Assembly: GCA_002633005.1 (NCBI GenBank)
Contig: NMRA01000248.1
Span: 430,879-494,878, forward strand
Reading direction: 5' to 3'
DNA: 64,000 nt
DNA from: Phoronis australis
Lineage: Eukaryota > Animalia > Phoronida
The notes beneath the pieces were generated by a model. The model saw only the letters and a list, made by a program, of their open reading frames with translations. It ran no database searches and was not told the DNA's origin. The position numbers and the translations under genes were made by a program. Shown here piece after piece: positions 1-13,779 of the stretch. Numbering within the stretch: position 1 is the first letter of the stretch; the number at the start of each line of letters is the position of its first letter.

Positions 1-240
1 CACTGCAAAGTTACAAAACCAGAGCAATGAAAATTGTTACTAGTAGGCATCACTAACCCAGTTTACAAACAGAAGTTATGACTTTTTCATAAAAGCTATC
101 TGCAAACCCTCAAAACACCATAGCAATGGCTTACCACCTTATTTCTCCTGCTTTGTGTCTGTGGGGACAGAACCCCTTTCCCTCTGAATCTGCTCACAAA
201 ATCGGTATTTTTTTATCTACACTGTTCTCTACAACTTTTA

Positions 241-524
241 GAGACTGTGTAGATACTCTAAGGTAGAGACTGTGTAGATACTCTATGGTAGAGACTGTGT
301 AGATACTCTAAGGTAGAGACTGTGTAGATACTCTAAGGTAGAGACTGTGTAGATACTCTAAGGTAGAGACTGTGTAGATACTCTAAGGTAGAGACTGTGT
401 AGATACTCTAAGGTAGAGACTGTGTAGATACTCTAAGGTTGAGACTGTGTAGATACTCTAAGGTAGAGACTGTGTAGATACTCTAAGGTAGAGACTGTGT
501 AGATACTCTAAGGTAGAGACTGTG
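241..524. repeat. 25-bp minisatellite (GAGACTGTGTAGATACTCTAAGGTA), 11 full copies plus a partial copy
   Basis: Head-to-tail copies start at 241, 266, 291 ... 491 and 516. Only single-base variants occur (copy 2 CTCTATGG, copy 8 AGGTT), and there are no spacers. Confidence 0.97.
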
Positions 525-528
525 GCTA

Positions 529-762
529 CAGAGGCATATTTATGTTTTCAATAAGGGAGGGCTTTAGGATTCATGCAAATCCGAGGCGAGTAGCACCGAA
601 AGGGGCAATATCGGGAGGGGTTTGCCCCCTCCCGTGTAAGAATTTTTGGTTTTCGTAGCTGATTTCGTTTTCCTGGCGACGTTTTTTCAATTTTAATTTT
701 TGATCCTGTCCCAAGCGGGGAGGTTAAACCCCCTGAATTCCCCTCCCATAGATCCGTCTCTG
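529..762. mobile_element. Non-autonomous TIR element (G/C-tract MITE family, 5-bp TSD)
   Basis: Ends are CAGAGGCATATTTATG ... CATAGATCCGTCTCTG (imperfect TIR). Flanks are GGCTA (524-528) and GGGTA (763-767). The terminal motif matches the elements at 30274, 34828 and 56738. Confidence 0.6.
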
Positions 763-2348
763 GGGTACTGCCTATTCAACTTTAATTTAACAAAATTTCT
801 GTTTGATCGGAACAATCAACTCACGTACCTCACGTTAGACGCTACTCGTGACTGTCAGTGAAGTGGTCCTACTTCGATCTCTCAAAAACAGTGGACAGAA
901 ATCTCAGACTCAATAGTCGGAACAGCATTCTAGTAGTTTATCATGTGTGTCCAAACATGCTCACTATGAATACACACCAAGAGGACAGACAACAAGAAGA
1001 GCAATAACCGGAGCTTCCTGAGGCTTTTAGTTTTATTCTATTGTGACAAAAAGTTCAGGTGACACCGTTTTACTATCTTCTTTGTCTGTATCAGTGAAGA
1101 GCGGCCCTTTATTATTGAAGGTACAATTGTGTCAAGCTACCGACATTTTAACACTCGGTGCATAAGATTACAGAATCAACGAAAATGTTAATAAAACGAG
1201 GGAAGGAAGATATTAACGAGCAAAAACAATCGATGTTCCGTCCACTTTTCACTCAGCCACCGCTTAATTGGCTGAAAGAATTTGGAGTTATTTTTATACT
1301 CTTTAATTAATGACAGGTCCAGTTGTTCCACTTACCAGAGTGACGTATGCCGGCCAATTTACAAATTAACATATTTTGAGTGCACCTCCATTATCCCACT
1401 TAAGACCTGTTTACGATGAAAACTTTCTTCACTGGTACAGGTACAAGTTAGTATGATAAATGAGGTCTCTAAAAAGCTCAGACTTTTGACCTTTAAACAA
1501 ACAGGTAAACAAAATTTTGTTGTCTTTGTTAAGTTTGACCCAGTCTCAAAAAACGATCTAGTTACCTGACCTTCATCACGCACGCACAAAGTTCCCGGTT
1601 GGTTTGCGATGCATTCAGGTATTCAATAGTGGAGCGCCACTGACACCAATAGGACTCCACCCAGAGGCCAAATTAAAATGAGCATCGTTGTTACATTTCC
1701 CGTTTTCCCTCTCATCCCCTGTTTTAGATAATATTATGTAGGACTTAGTTCCTCGCTGATATATTTACCTATTCATCCACAGTTGCCAAAGTGTTTTTTG
1801 GTCAAGGAATTAAATTTTTGTGATACCTCTGACGTTAGGAGGCGACGTTGACTTTTATTTCGAGCCCATCATAGCTTATGTGAACATGAAAAATAATGAC
1901 ACGTTTCATTTAAGATCACCTGAAACGCGGCGTAGGGTTCTTTAAAGCTGTAGGTATTTATTCGCTTTGGAATTTGAGAAGTATTTGACCTTCGGTAACA
2001 TCTGTAACCTGGAGTGACCTCTACGAACGCGTTTTGTTGCTACTGGGTTCGTGTGTTCCTTGACAAACCCGTGTTTGTTGCACGCATGAACAAGAACTCA
2101 TAAGCAGGGGTAGATAAGCGTGGTGGTACGAGTGTTCAGTTTCGAATAACACAAATATTTACGGGATTGCAAAATGAATATTTACCACTTCATTCTGGTA
2201 CGCCAAAATTGCCACGTGTGCGCAAAATAATACAACGTTGGAACGCTATTGGAACATGCACTCTAAAACCAGGTGCGTTCAACAAGCATCATACTGAACT
2301 CACGTCCGAATCAACACGTAGGAATTACTGGGACTCATGCCAACAGTA

Positions 2349-5300
2349 GGCCTATCTATGAGGACACACTAAACCCGTACAGGTAATGAATGTCATTCTC
2401 ACTCCGCAACCTAGTTGCTTAAGTGATTTGACAACACGCAACATTGATCAACCACGAGTACCTAAATTTCATTTGTACCTCAATTCAGAAGCGAAAATTA
2501 GTTAGCGACCCTAAATCGTCTTCTACAGGTCAAAAACTTGGCTTTCGGAAGACGCATCACATAATGGAAGTGGACAGAACACAAATTAACTTATATGCGG
2601 GTTGTAACTTCGTTTGCTGTCAGTGGTCATGCGGTGATGCGAAGTGACAATTAGAAACCTCAACGTATGCTTGTCAGAACACCTTTTTGACTGGACACTG
2701 TAATGTTATAGGTCGACAATTAACACACTTTTGTCACGTTGTATTACACCGGATTAGATTCAGGAACGTAGACACGAAGATGAGTTCAGATGTGCGATCT
2801 CTGTTAGATTTGTCAGCGGGATCACTTTGAGAAAGTTTCCCTACGTTGTTTCATCGTTTTGAGCAAAAAGCCTGAGAGGACAATATTACTTTCATGGACA
2901 TGAATAGTTCATTTTAAGGAATTATGACGTGCGGACGTTTAACTGTCAATCGCATTCTAAGAATCCTCACAAAGGTAACCGAAATATAATTTTCGCAAAA
3001 CAATTCAAACTGATTATTTATCTCGGCTGGAAACACCTCGAGGTAGTCAGGGGCACAAGACCAGAGGCGTGACGTCAGAATAAACAAATTATAGACTTCA
3101 TGTGCAAGAACCAACAAATTAAAGGTAATGGTTTTATTGCCGTGGGCTTCCCACCGGCCGAACAGTTCAGCGTGACGTAAGTACATATTGTAACAAATTT
3201 TTCGATGAAGTCATTTTCCGGGGCACTCACATAATCATTTGATATCTCTTCAGAAGCGTGGCGTCAAAGTGGTAATAAAGTTATCATCTTTCGAAGCACA
3301 TTGGTGACATGTAAACAAGTGTTCACCTTTCTTCATGACTCCCTGCCGAGACGCGAGACAAAAGCCATATTGTGCGGGAAGCTAGGCATCGCTGCAGCCT
3401 ATATAACCAGCGTTTTTGTATGTGACATGTGAGATACAAACTACCGGAAACACAAGAAAATTCGCGCTAATTCGCGACACATTTCGACTCAAACTCCGAT
3501 TCAAATGTAAAATTCTAACAATGTTTAATTGCACTTTCCTTTTCTCAGCGGCAAGAGACTCCTCCCCGCGCGCGCATACTGACCGGCCAGTCATTATATG
3601 ACACACGGATGATGACGTATTAATGACCATGGTTTGTTTTGGCTGCTTATTAATTGGGTACAGAATAAACACTCCTAGCGGTTGTGGTAACGACTCTTCA
3701 TTTTCATTGCCATGACACATCGGTGTCCTACGACTATTACAAGTGCGGAACAGGTGGCTTTTACGTTATCCAGCTAAGGTTAAGAGCTGTAATGAACAAC
3801 TCTGCTCAAGTAGCTGAACCTAATTGGGTGCAAATTGTTGTGACACGTTAAGATGACTGGATTTTTATGTGTGAGAAAGAACAAAGTCGACAAGTTAGTG
3901 GTGGAAAATAATAAATTTACGCTAACAGTACCAGCTAACAAACGCATTCGACACTGGAATCAGCGAGAAATGCAACCGGATATGCGACTCCAACTAACTT
4001 TAAGAATCATATATATTTCTAAAACAAAACGTTTTCACGAACTGGTGTGTGACCACATGTCGACGAAATTGCGTTCAACCACAAACTTTGGCTCAATCCC
4101 GACATCATGTATCATTATTGACTAAGCATATCTTACGAAAAGGGACCCGACCAATGTGGTTACTCGGGAGGAAGAACAGATTCGAAACTTCAAAACAAAT
4201 AATGAAGAAATTGCTCGTTGACGTTCAACGTTATCAGACAAACGTGTGAGGTGACTACCTTTGATTTTCCCATACTCGATGATTTGGCGGGGTGTGGTAA
4301 AAGAGCAGACGATTCTGTCTGGTCTTCTGACGTCGCCGCGTGAAACTTGTAGAAGTTGTAACATTAGACAACGACGACTGGTTGATTGTCGCGTGAAGTC
4401 GATTGTGATTTTACAGAACTGGGTTGATTTGAACAAGAATGTAGAATTAACAAATGGAAAGTCTCAAATCTGTTTGGGGACGCAGTTAATGCATAATTGA
4501 ATGTGATTGTATGCCTACACGTGACTTGAAGTCAGTTGCAAAATGTAGCGTGCAGAATTTGCAGCTTGAAAAATACAGCAATTTTAGTTTTGCTNGGCCT
4601 ATCTATGAGGACACACTAAACCCGTACAGGTAATGTCATTCCCACTCCGAAACCTAGTTGCTTAGGTGATTTGACAACACGCAACATTGATCAACCACGA
4701 GTACCTAAATTTCATTTGTACCTCAATTCAGAAGGGAAAATTAGTTAGCGATCCTAAATCGTCTTCTACAGGTCAAAAACTTGGCTTTCGGAAGACATGT
4801 CACATAATGGAAGTGGACAGAACACAAATTAACTTATATGCGGGTTGTAACTTCGTTTGCTGTCAGTGGTCATGAAGTGATGCGAAGTGACAATTAGAAA
4901 CCTCAACGTATGCTTGTCAGAACACCTTTTTGACTGGACACTGTAATGTTATAGGTCGACAATTAACACACTTTTGTCACGTTGTATTACACCGGATTAG
5001 GTTCAGGAACGTAGACACGAAGATGAGTTCAGATGTGCGATCTCTGTTAGATTTGTCAGCGCGATCACTTTGAGTGAGAAAGTTTCCCTACGTTGTTTCA
5101 TCGTTTTGAGCAAAAAGCCTGAGAGGACTATATTACTTCCATGGACATGAATAGCTCATTTTAAGGAATTACGACGTGAGGACGTTTAACTGTCAATCGC
5201 ATTCTAAGAATCCTCACAAAGGTAACCGAAATATAATTTTCGTAAAACAATTCAAACTGATTATTTATCTCGGATGGAAACACCTCGAGCTAGTCAGGGG

Positions 5301-6841
5301 CACAAGACCAGAGGCGTGACGTCAGAATAAACAAATTACAGGCTTCATGTGCGAGAACCAACAAATTAAAGGTAATGGTTTTATTGCCGTGGGCTTCCCA
5401 CCGGCCGAACAGTTCAGAGTGACGTAAGTACATATTGTAACAAATTTTTCGATGAAGTCATTTTCCGGGGCACTCACATAATCGTTTGATATCTCTTCAG
5501 AAGCGTGGCGTCAAAGTGGTAATAAAGTTATCATCGGTCGAAGCACATTGGTGACATGTAAACAAGTGTTCACCTTTCTTCATGACTCCCTGCCGAGACG
5601 CCAGACAAAAGCCACATTGTGCGGGAAGCTTGGCATCGCTGCAGCCTATATAACCAGCGTTCTTGTATGTGACATGTGAGATACAAACGACCGGACACAC
5701 AAGAAAATTCGCGCTAATTCGCGACACATTTCGACTCAAACCCCGATTCAAATGTAAAATTTTAACAATGTTTAATTGCACTTCCCTTTTCTCAGCGGCA
5801 AGAGACTCCTCCCCGCGCGCGCATACTGACCGGCCAGTCATTATATGACACACGGATGATGACGTATTAATGACCACGGTTTGTTTTGGCTGCTTATTAA
5901 TTGGGTACAGAATAAACACTCCTAGCGGTTGTGGTAACGACTCTTCATTTTCATTGCCATGACACATCGGTGTCCTACGACTATTACAAGTGCGGAACAG
6001 GTGGCTTTTACGTTATCCAGCTAAGGTTAAGAGCTGTAATGAACAACTCTGCTCAAGTAGCTGAACCTAATTGGGTGCAAATTGTTGTGACACGTTAAGA
6101 TGACTGGATTTTTATGTGTGAGAAAGAACAAAGTCGACAAGTTAGTGGTGGAAAATAATAAATTTACGCTAACAGTACCAGCTAACAAACGCATTCGACA
6201 CTGGAATCAGCGAGAAATGCAACCGGATATGCGACTCCAACTAACTTTAAGAATCATATATATTTCTAAAACAAAACGTTTTCACGAACTGGTGTGTGAC
6301 CACATGTCGACGAAATTGCGTTCAACCACAAACTTTGGCTCAATCCCGACATCATGTATCATTATTGACTAAGCATATCTTACGAAAAGGGACCCGACCA
6401 ATGTGGTTACTCGGGAGGAAGAACAGATTCGAAACTTCAAAACAAATAATGAAGAAATTGCTCGTTGACGTTCAACGTTATCAGACAAACGTGTGAGGTG
6501 ACTACCTTTGATTTTCCCATACTCGATGATTTGGCGGGGTGTGGTAAAAGAGCAGACGATTCTGTCTGGTCTTCTGACGTCGCCGCGTGAAACTTGTAGA
6601 AGTTGTAACATTAGACAACGACGACTGGTTGATTGTCGCGTGAAGTCGATTGTGATTTTACAGAACTGGGTTGATTTGAACAAGAATGTAGAATTAACAA
6701 ATGGAAAGTCTCAAATCTGTTTGGGGACGCAGTTAATGCATAATTGAATGTGATTGTATGCCTACACGTGACTTGAAGTCAGTTGCAAAATGTAGCGTGC
6801 AGAATTTGCAGCTTGAAAAATACAGCAATTTTAGTTTTGCT
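2349..6841. repeat. ~2.25-kb near-identical tandem duplication (2349-4594 / 4596-6841) joined by one N; probable uncollapsed haplotypes
   Basis: Both copies start GGCCTATCTATGAGG and end TTTTAGTTTTGCT, with N at 4595. They differ by scattered SNPs and small indels, and the ORF track entries are duplicated. Confidence 0.9.
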
Positions 6842-8775
6842 GTTTGTGTTCGCAAGAGATAACATTTTGCTCATTTGACGATATTTGGAGATAAGTGCAC
6901 TGCAAGTGACGTCACTCGTGTCGATGACACAACAAAATTCCTGTGACGTTTTGTATTGAAATGGAGCAGAACGGGGGTTTCACAGAACCGTGAAATAAAC
7001 GACGCTGGTTTCAGTTACGTTCTAGCGAAAACTGAGTAGAACCAACCAACAGTGACGTAAATCTCAAAAGGTCAAAATTTCCCTGAACGTAGAAAATGTC
7101 GGGATTGTCCCTAGCCTTGTGGCTCAGCTGACGAGGATGGCTGTTTAATCGTGTTTAAGGTCTTGAGGTTAAGTTTACTATTTGTTAGGGACACGGTGAT
7201 ATGATACGGTAACTGCTACAAACATTCGAGTCATTTTGCGAAAAAGGCAGGTCTACCCGGTGATGCGAATGTCATTCGACGTAATTCTGAGAACACGAAG
7301 AATTTTATTTGTAAAATCACAACAACATCTTGGTCACGCAAGATTCTCAGAAGTACACACCCTTCTTTTAATGGCCAATTCTTCGGTAAAAAACCTAAAA
7401 CCTATTGGCGGGAGCTGTACGTTTACCGCACCAGATGTCATAAGAACTCGAAGTGCGTTACGTCACATAGTATTTGGTGTTAATTTTGCATAATGCTAAC
7501 GAAACTGTGCCAAATGAAAATCGTTTTTGTTCTCTAACCTTACAAATAACCGCTCTGACATCTGGTAATACACAATTAGTTCTAGAGGCATGTTTTGGTG
7601 AATTATATATTGTTGAAACCGGGACAGCAATTTCATATTACTCTCTGGTTGAAGTGAGGGGAAGCCAACTTCAGATTTCTTTTGTCAAATTTTCCCCACA
7701 TTTAAGCAAGTATTCTGGTGCTGAACTACGCCACAAGAGACCTAAGTTCCGGATTTAAAATATTTTTTTCGGTCTACGATAGATTATAAAAGATTTTTCG
7801 TCTAAATTAAAACAAAAAAATTCTTGGAGCAGGAAAGGTTTACAAGATATGCACGTCTATCTCTATCTCTTCATCAAAACGTCAAGTACACGATTTCAAT
7901 ATATTTAAAGTTGCTTCTCGTGCAGTTTTAAGTCGAAAGATTGTACACGTTATTGTGTTTTGTCAATGTCTAGTGCGTCGTGTGTTTGTCATACGGCACA
8001 CGAGTGAACTCTGCTCAACAATGCCTGAACAGCTTAAGCGCCGTCGGCATGCAAAGTGTGACTTGAACCGCGTAACGTTTATTTAATAGAATACTTTCAA
8101 CAAACTTGAGTAAACTTGGTAACAGATAGGTGTATTCTCCAAACACGTGTTCCTATAATCTACAAGTCTCGGACAGGTAAACGTTTTGAAGCCGCTTTGC
8201 ATACCGACAACGACTCCTAGATGCCAGCAGCGTGCACTGTGAAATTCCGAAAAAGATTAGAAACTGTCCTGGTCAACATCAGATATAACGAGGGACCGCG
8301 AACTGACATTAAATCTGACCAACGGCTAGATTTGAACATTTCCTTTTTTTCATTGTATTTGTATTTGTTTTTGAAAATCGGCACAGATGAGGCGTTTTTC
8401 AGTGATGGCATTTCAAGCACCATAGCAAGATGCGAGACCATCAGTTGCTGTCTCTGTAAACGTTGCCGACACGTTGCACAGCTCGTTTACAATAATAAAT
8501 ACGCAACCTTGAAAAATCGTTGGTTATAATGATATTATTCCCAGAGTGAGTCTTTTTCATTACACTCACGCACTGGGGCATCTTTGTAAGAAGAGACTTT
8601 GCCATGGCAGTGAGACACGAACCACGAAGAAATGTGCCCCGCGGCTCGTCAATGGACCAGCTATCCTCATCATCCAGTTACACCACAAAGCAAACAGAAA
8701 GTTCCGAACTTATTGTAAACCCCAAAAACCTTTTTGAATGAAATGAGAACCACGCTTCCGTGAAAGCTCAAAGCT

Positions 8776-9940
8776 CCCTATTAGAGGAACAACAAAAGCG
8801 GAACAAAAACAGAATGGTCGCATTCCAGAGCCCATTCGTTGACAGTATTAATTAGGACGATCAGAGAAAGGAATTATTAGATAAATCCACATTACATTCG
8901 CTATAGGGATGGTGGAGTCGGCTATCTGTTCTTGGCGCAAAGTGCATTACGCACCACTTTCAGCTGTTGGAAGTTGGCATACTAAATGAAAGGCAAGGAT
9001 GTGGACCAAAAACTTCATTTTCACAACACGGTCTGCCTGTTCAAGAGGATAATCTACTTTCTTTACGACGAGACGTATGCATGTATACTATGAACATTCC
9101 TGTCAAATTTATGTTATATGATTTATACTTGAGACATCTAGCACATGTACCCTGGTCGTGTACTGAGGCGTTCGTTGGCGTCATCGGGCACGATGATATA
9201 ATTGGCAGGTGTTAAATATTCCAATGATTTATATTTAGCCGGATGATGACCAATAAGGCCGAACAGTTTATTTGTTGCTCAGATCATCTGAAATTTGTCC
9301 TAAGTGTCTTTAACCCAAAGCAGCTAAATTTGCTCTGAAGATTAACACAACCGTTGTNCCCTATTGGAGGAACAACAAAAGCGGAACAAAAAGAGAATGA
9401 TCGCATTCCAGAGCCCATTCGTTGACAGTATTAATTAGGACGATCAGAGAAAGGAATTATTAGATAAATCCACATTACATTCGCTATAGGGATGGTGGAG
9501 TCGGTTATCTGTTCTTGGCGCAAAGTGCATTACGCACCACTTTCAGCTGTTGGAAGTTGGCATACTAAATGAAAGGCAAGGACGTGGACCAAAAACTTCA
9601 TTTTCACAACACGGTCTGCCTGTTCAAGAAGACAATCTACTTTCTTTACGACAAGACGTATGCATGTATACTATGAACATTCCTGTCAAATTATTGTTAT
9701 ATGATTTATACTTGAGACATCTAGCACATGTACCCTGGTCGTGTACTGAGGCGTTCGTTGGCGTCATCAGGCAAGATGATATAATTGGCAGGTGTTAAAT
9801 ATTCCAATGATTTATATTTAGCCGGATGATGACCAATAAGGCCGAACAGTTTATTTGTTGCTCAGATCATCTGAAATTTGTCCTAAGTGTCTTTAACCCA
9901 AAGCAGCTAAATTTGCTCTGAAGATTAACACAACCGTTGT
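8776..9940. repeat. 582-bp near-identical tandem duplication (8776-9357 / 9359-9940) joined by one N; probable uncollapsed haplotypes
   Basis: Both copies run CCCTATT(A/G)GAGG ... CAACCGTTGT, with N at 9358 and a few SNPs. Confidence 0.9.
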
Positions 9941-12900
9941 TGACTTAGGAAAACCCTTTGATCGCATCGCTCATCCGACAATCGAAATAGCGATTGGTTC
10001 CGAAGAATTTTTGCACATCAGATTCAGAAACACACTTCTCTTGGGAGGGCCCACAACTCTTTAAAGATACTTTCACGTTATTTAACGGGAAGGAAACACT
10101 TAACAATCACACAAAAGAGTTGCAAAGTACAGTAACCAAACCGCAGATATCAGGATTCGCGATTTCATCAAATCTCACGTGCGTGTCAACTGGGGATGTG
10201 ACGCATATAAGGGCACAGTACACTGCAAGACGTAATTAGATATTGTGAGAAATGAATGATTCACGTTTTGTAGAGACACTTCGCCAATTCACTTAAAACT
10301 GACTCAGTGCGGTTGGGTGGTTTATGAAACGAAAAAAATTGTCAAAGAGTAACCCACAACCGAAGCCAATGTAATTTGCATATTCATGCATTTGTGTCTG
10401 TACCAAACTGCAGGTACTGATTCTAAACTCACCGCTAAACTGAGACATTATTGTCAATTTAGGCATTTAAAAAGTCACCGAGCCAAAAATCACAAATTCT
10501 ACATTCTGGAAGACGCAATAGACAAAATACTTCCCTTCAAAAGAGTGTATCCTTCCTACATATGTCCTAAATGTGAAATAACGATATTTTATTCACTTGA
10601 TAGCGAAATTTTTCTATTATCAAAACAAAATCAAGAGATCAGCTGTGAATGTTATGAAGTAGTGGATGGGTAGCGAAAACTGACACTTCTTGTATGGTCG
10701 GTTTGAGGATGGAAATTTCTACGTGTTATTAAAATGTTTGAAACATATCTCTATAATTTGCGTTTTAGGTAGTGAGTGAGGTGTAAATGTCCCTTTAAAC
10801 GATGCTCTTTAAAATGACAAACAGAACCATATCTCAACGGAAATTACTATTTACCTAACAGTTTACATTATACGAATGGTCAGTATCAAGAAAAGAATGT
10901 GTAAAATAGTTGGAGAAAAAACTTCCTAAGTGATAATGTTAAACTGCCAATCAAATGCATCAAATGCCTCTCAAAGACTAAAATTCAAAACGCAAATATT
11001 TCAGACAAGGCAAAGAAAACCATCTCGGTAACATGACGCTTATCTTGGCAAGTACTGATATCGCCATTTCAATTAAAAGTATTTATTTACAACGAGAATG
11101 AGGTTGCAAATAGAATAAAAAACGTGTGTTTTTTGTAACCAGCTGTATGTTCAAGAAAGCTTTTGTTCTGAGCATTACAGCAATCCTTCGTTCAGAGGTC
11201 AAGTAGGTCTTCAAGCAGTATTTCGATGAGATTTGCGAGCCTGCATCTCGTTCGAAACGTCAACGCCCATGTATTGGGCTGCGAAGCGTCAAGTCTTCAG
11301 GAGTGTGTATGGAACCCATTCCAGTATGTGTTGCTAACCTTAACTCTCCAATACTAATAGTGGCCTAATTCTCCTCGCTATGCCAGCCACACACTGTGCG
11401 AACCCCATCATTGCGTAACGTTTTCACGTATGTTAGTAAACACTATGTCTATCCAAATATATCCTTATGACTTATAAATGTCATTTCTCAAGTGTAATTA
11501 AACAATACAGTTTGCAAAAGAAACTTGACGAAACGCTTCGTCTCCTCAGGCGTGTCATTGTGGTGCCGTAGCACACAAGCTCCTTCAAGCACTAAGCTGC
11601 ATGTTGTCAGCAACAACACAGCGACGATTTGTTTAAATACTTTCACACGCGGGGAAAACAAGCGTTTAACTCACAGGACCAGCGGTTATTGTCACAAAAA
11701 ATGAGCGGCAGTAACATTACATAGTTCAGGCGTTTGCTCGAGGTATCACCTGCCGGCATTATTTCAGGTTCGTTAAATATTTGCTTGATTAGCCGTTTCA
11801 CTTTCACGAGGTACTTCAAGTGGACATATTAAATAATTAAACCATTATTCGAATTTCCAAAACAAATGGAAGGGTGAAATAGAACACAGTGCGGACCGCT
11901 GGGAGTGGAATTAGATCTATCAAGTTTAGTTACTTTTGCTGAAAATGAAATTAGTGTAATTATTGAGGACAAACAGGGATTCGCCATAGGCGGGACAGGA
12001 CTGAAGAAACGAATGCGCCCTCGTCCTAAATTAGGAGCGAAGTAAGGTTGAAAACATTAAATATTAACAAAAGACCCACTTTGTCCCTGCGATTTGTTAT
12101 GGTTAGCACAGGAATTCGGAAAGAAAGTATTTGCGTACTTTAATAGGTTGTGTAGTCATTGAGTCGGTACTAATCAAAGTCCATTGCTGCACGTTAATAG
12201 GTAGAACTATAGAGTAACCCTGACAATGTGAACCATAGCGTGTCCACGGACCTTTTAACACAACTTCCTGCGTTCTGTATAAAACCAATTGCTAATAGTC
12301 CAAAATAGCGAAACGCCTGAGGCGACGAGGAGGCGGACTTGCGTAGCATATCTTCAAACAAATCGCAACAGGAAGTTTCAATGAAAAATATCGACCAGCT
12401 AAACATTGACTAGGAATTCGATTCATAAAACGTCTCCAATCCTACTTCGGTCAAAGTAGAGAGTGTTTGTATTTATCATCGTGAATGGCGTGTTTATACA
12501 CGGGTGCTGTAACCATTCTTGATGTACTGTAAACCATGCAGATGTATTCTTAAGACGACCTCCCCGGGGTTGATTTCATCGTGCCAACCCGTGTAGCACA
12601 GAGGCGTGGACATCGGCACACAATACACAAATTAGTTTAATCTAAACACGGTCCCTCACTGCTTAATTGGTAGCTAAAAGGGTTACAAAAGATTGAATAA
12701 GAAAGGCGGAGACTCAACAATCCCCGCAAGGTTGAAAAGCCACGATTCGTCCATTCATGATTTTCAAGAGACACACACGAAGGTAATTTACTTGCAAGAC
12801 TACGTTCAGGTAGCACAAGTGTACAGCTAGTCACGTCAGGTGTATAACTAGCTGGGAATTTGTTTCGTCTTGCCGTCACATAGATGTATTTTTCATTAGT

Positions 12901-12976
12901 TGTAACAATACACCACGTAAATTGAAACATTTCTCGAAAACATTTTAGAATTGCTCATCATTATATGGCTACTTAC

Positions 12977-13350
12977 CAATCCGTAACAATTGCTTAAAAC
13001 TGCTTTTGACGGTCCGTGCTCCTCCGTCTGTACTTCACCAACATAGTGGCAGTTGTTTAAACGTCCATGACGCCTGCTAACGCCACTTGCGTCCCAGTAC
13101 TCCACTTGATATGACCCTGACGTTAAACGTCGATTCGACGTAACGTTGAATTTAAACGTCCGACCATAAGCAGGCACGTGGAAGAACAAGCGCTCACTGG
13201 AGTCTTCAACGTCACTGTCGAAATTGTTGCTAACGTAACGTTTACGTCGCCTCCGCACAGACGTAACGTCGTGGCTAATAAAGTCTCCATTTGCATTAGC
13301 TGTGTGTGGAATGATCAACTGATAATCTCTGAGTGTTTTTAGGAGTTGCT
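12977..13350 (-). CDS. ADAMTS6: ADAMTS6/10-like metalloprotease, coding exon 2 (reprolysin M12B prodomain)
   Basis: The exon reads (E)QLLKTLRDYQLIIPHTANANGDFISHDV..RRRRKR..RLFFHVPAYGRTFKFNVTSN..QVEYWDASG..NNCHYVGEV..KAVLSNCYGL, which follows the ADAMTS6/10 prodomain pattern (YQL.IP...NG.F.S, LFF...AYG..F, VEYW, NCHY.G, LSNC.GL). The acceptor is TTCCAG (AG at 13352-13351) and the donor is TTG|GTAAGT (GT at 12976-12975). Length 374 nt, phase 1 in, phase 0 out. The subfamily call is from remembered similarity, not a search. Confidence 0.88.
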
Positions 13351-13685
13351 CTGGAAGTTTAAACAAACCGAAGACAATTTATTGTTGTGGGTTTGCCAGA
13401 ATTTCAATTAAGCTGCGGTAGACAGCATAAATGTCTTTACACAGGATCACTTAACTGGGCGTTGCGCCACTTCTGAAGAAGATATGTTTCATTGCAGGCT
13501 ATAAAGGTGTTTTGATAAAAATCTCAAACAAGCTAGCGTTACCACTAAGCTGTGTTTCCTCAAGCATTATATCGACTACGGGATCACGCTGCAGTCAACT
13601 TGTTATTAAATATATTATTAGAAACAGAAGAGGAGTTTCAAATTGCAAGCTTATCACATTTGGTAATTAATAGGGTAGCAATTAC

Positions 13686-13779
13686 CTGTTTTTATGGAGC
13701 GCCATTCAGCTTGCGTCGCCTGGACAAGTATTGAAGCGACACACCACAGTATTGTTAAAGTCACGAAGTTTACATCCAT
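13686..13779 (-). CDS. ADAMTS6: ADAMTS6/10-like metalloprotease, coding exon 1 (signal peptide)
   Basis: ATG at 13779 gives MDVNFVTLTILWCVASILVQATQAEWRSIKT, a hydrophobic core followed by a TQA-type cleavage site. The donor is CAG|GTAATT. The exon is 94 nt (phase 1), so it splices in frame (G|AG = Glu) to the 12977-13350 exon. It is missing from the ORF track because it is short. Confidence 0.82.

Noticed and set aside
241-524. 25-bp repeat array as a CRISPR array
   Set aside because: The units are contiguous with no unique spacers, there are no cas genes and the context is eukaryotic. It is a minisatellite.
2444-6747. Pairs of identical ORFs (e.g. 3853-4125 / 6100-6372) as a duplicated gene cluster
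   Set aside because: They have no recognisable domains, many use non-ATG starts and they overlap on both strands. The identity comes from the N-joined duplication.
1-12976. Further ADAMTS exons (expected next: G.I....EYFIEP-like)
   Set aside because: I could not find a matching peptide with splice sites by eye. The donor-like sites at ~133 and ~1334 give no ADAMTS-like sequence.
12896-13366. The 156-aa ORF as a complete protein
   Set aside because: Only 12977-13350 is exonic. The ORF start and the tail after SNCYGL are intron read-through.
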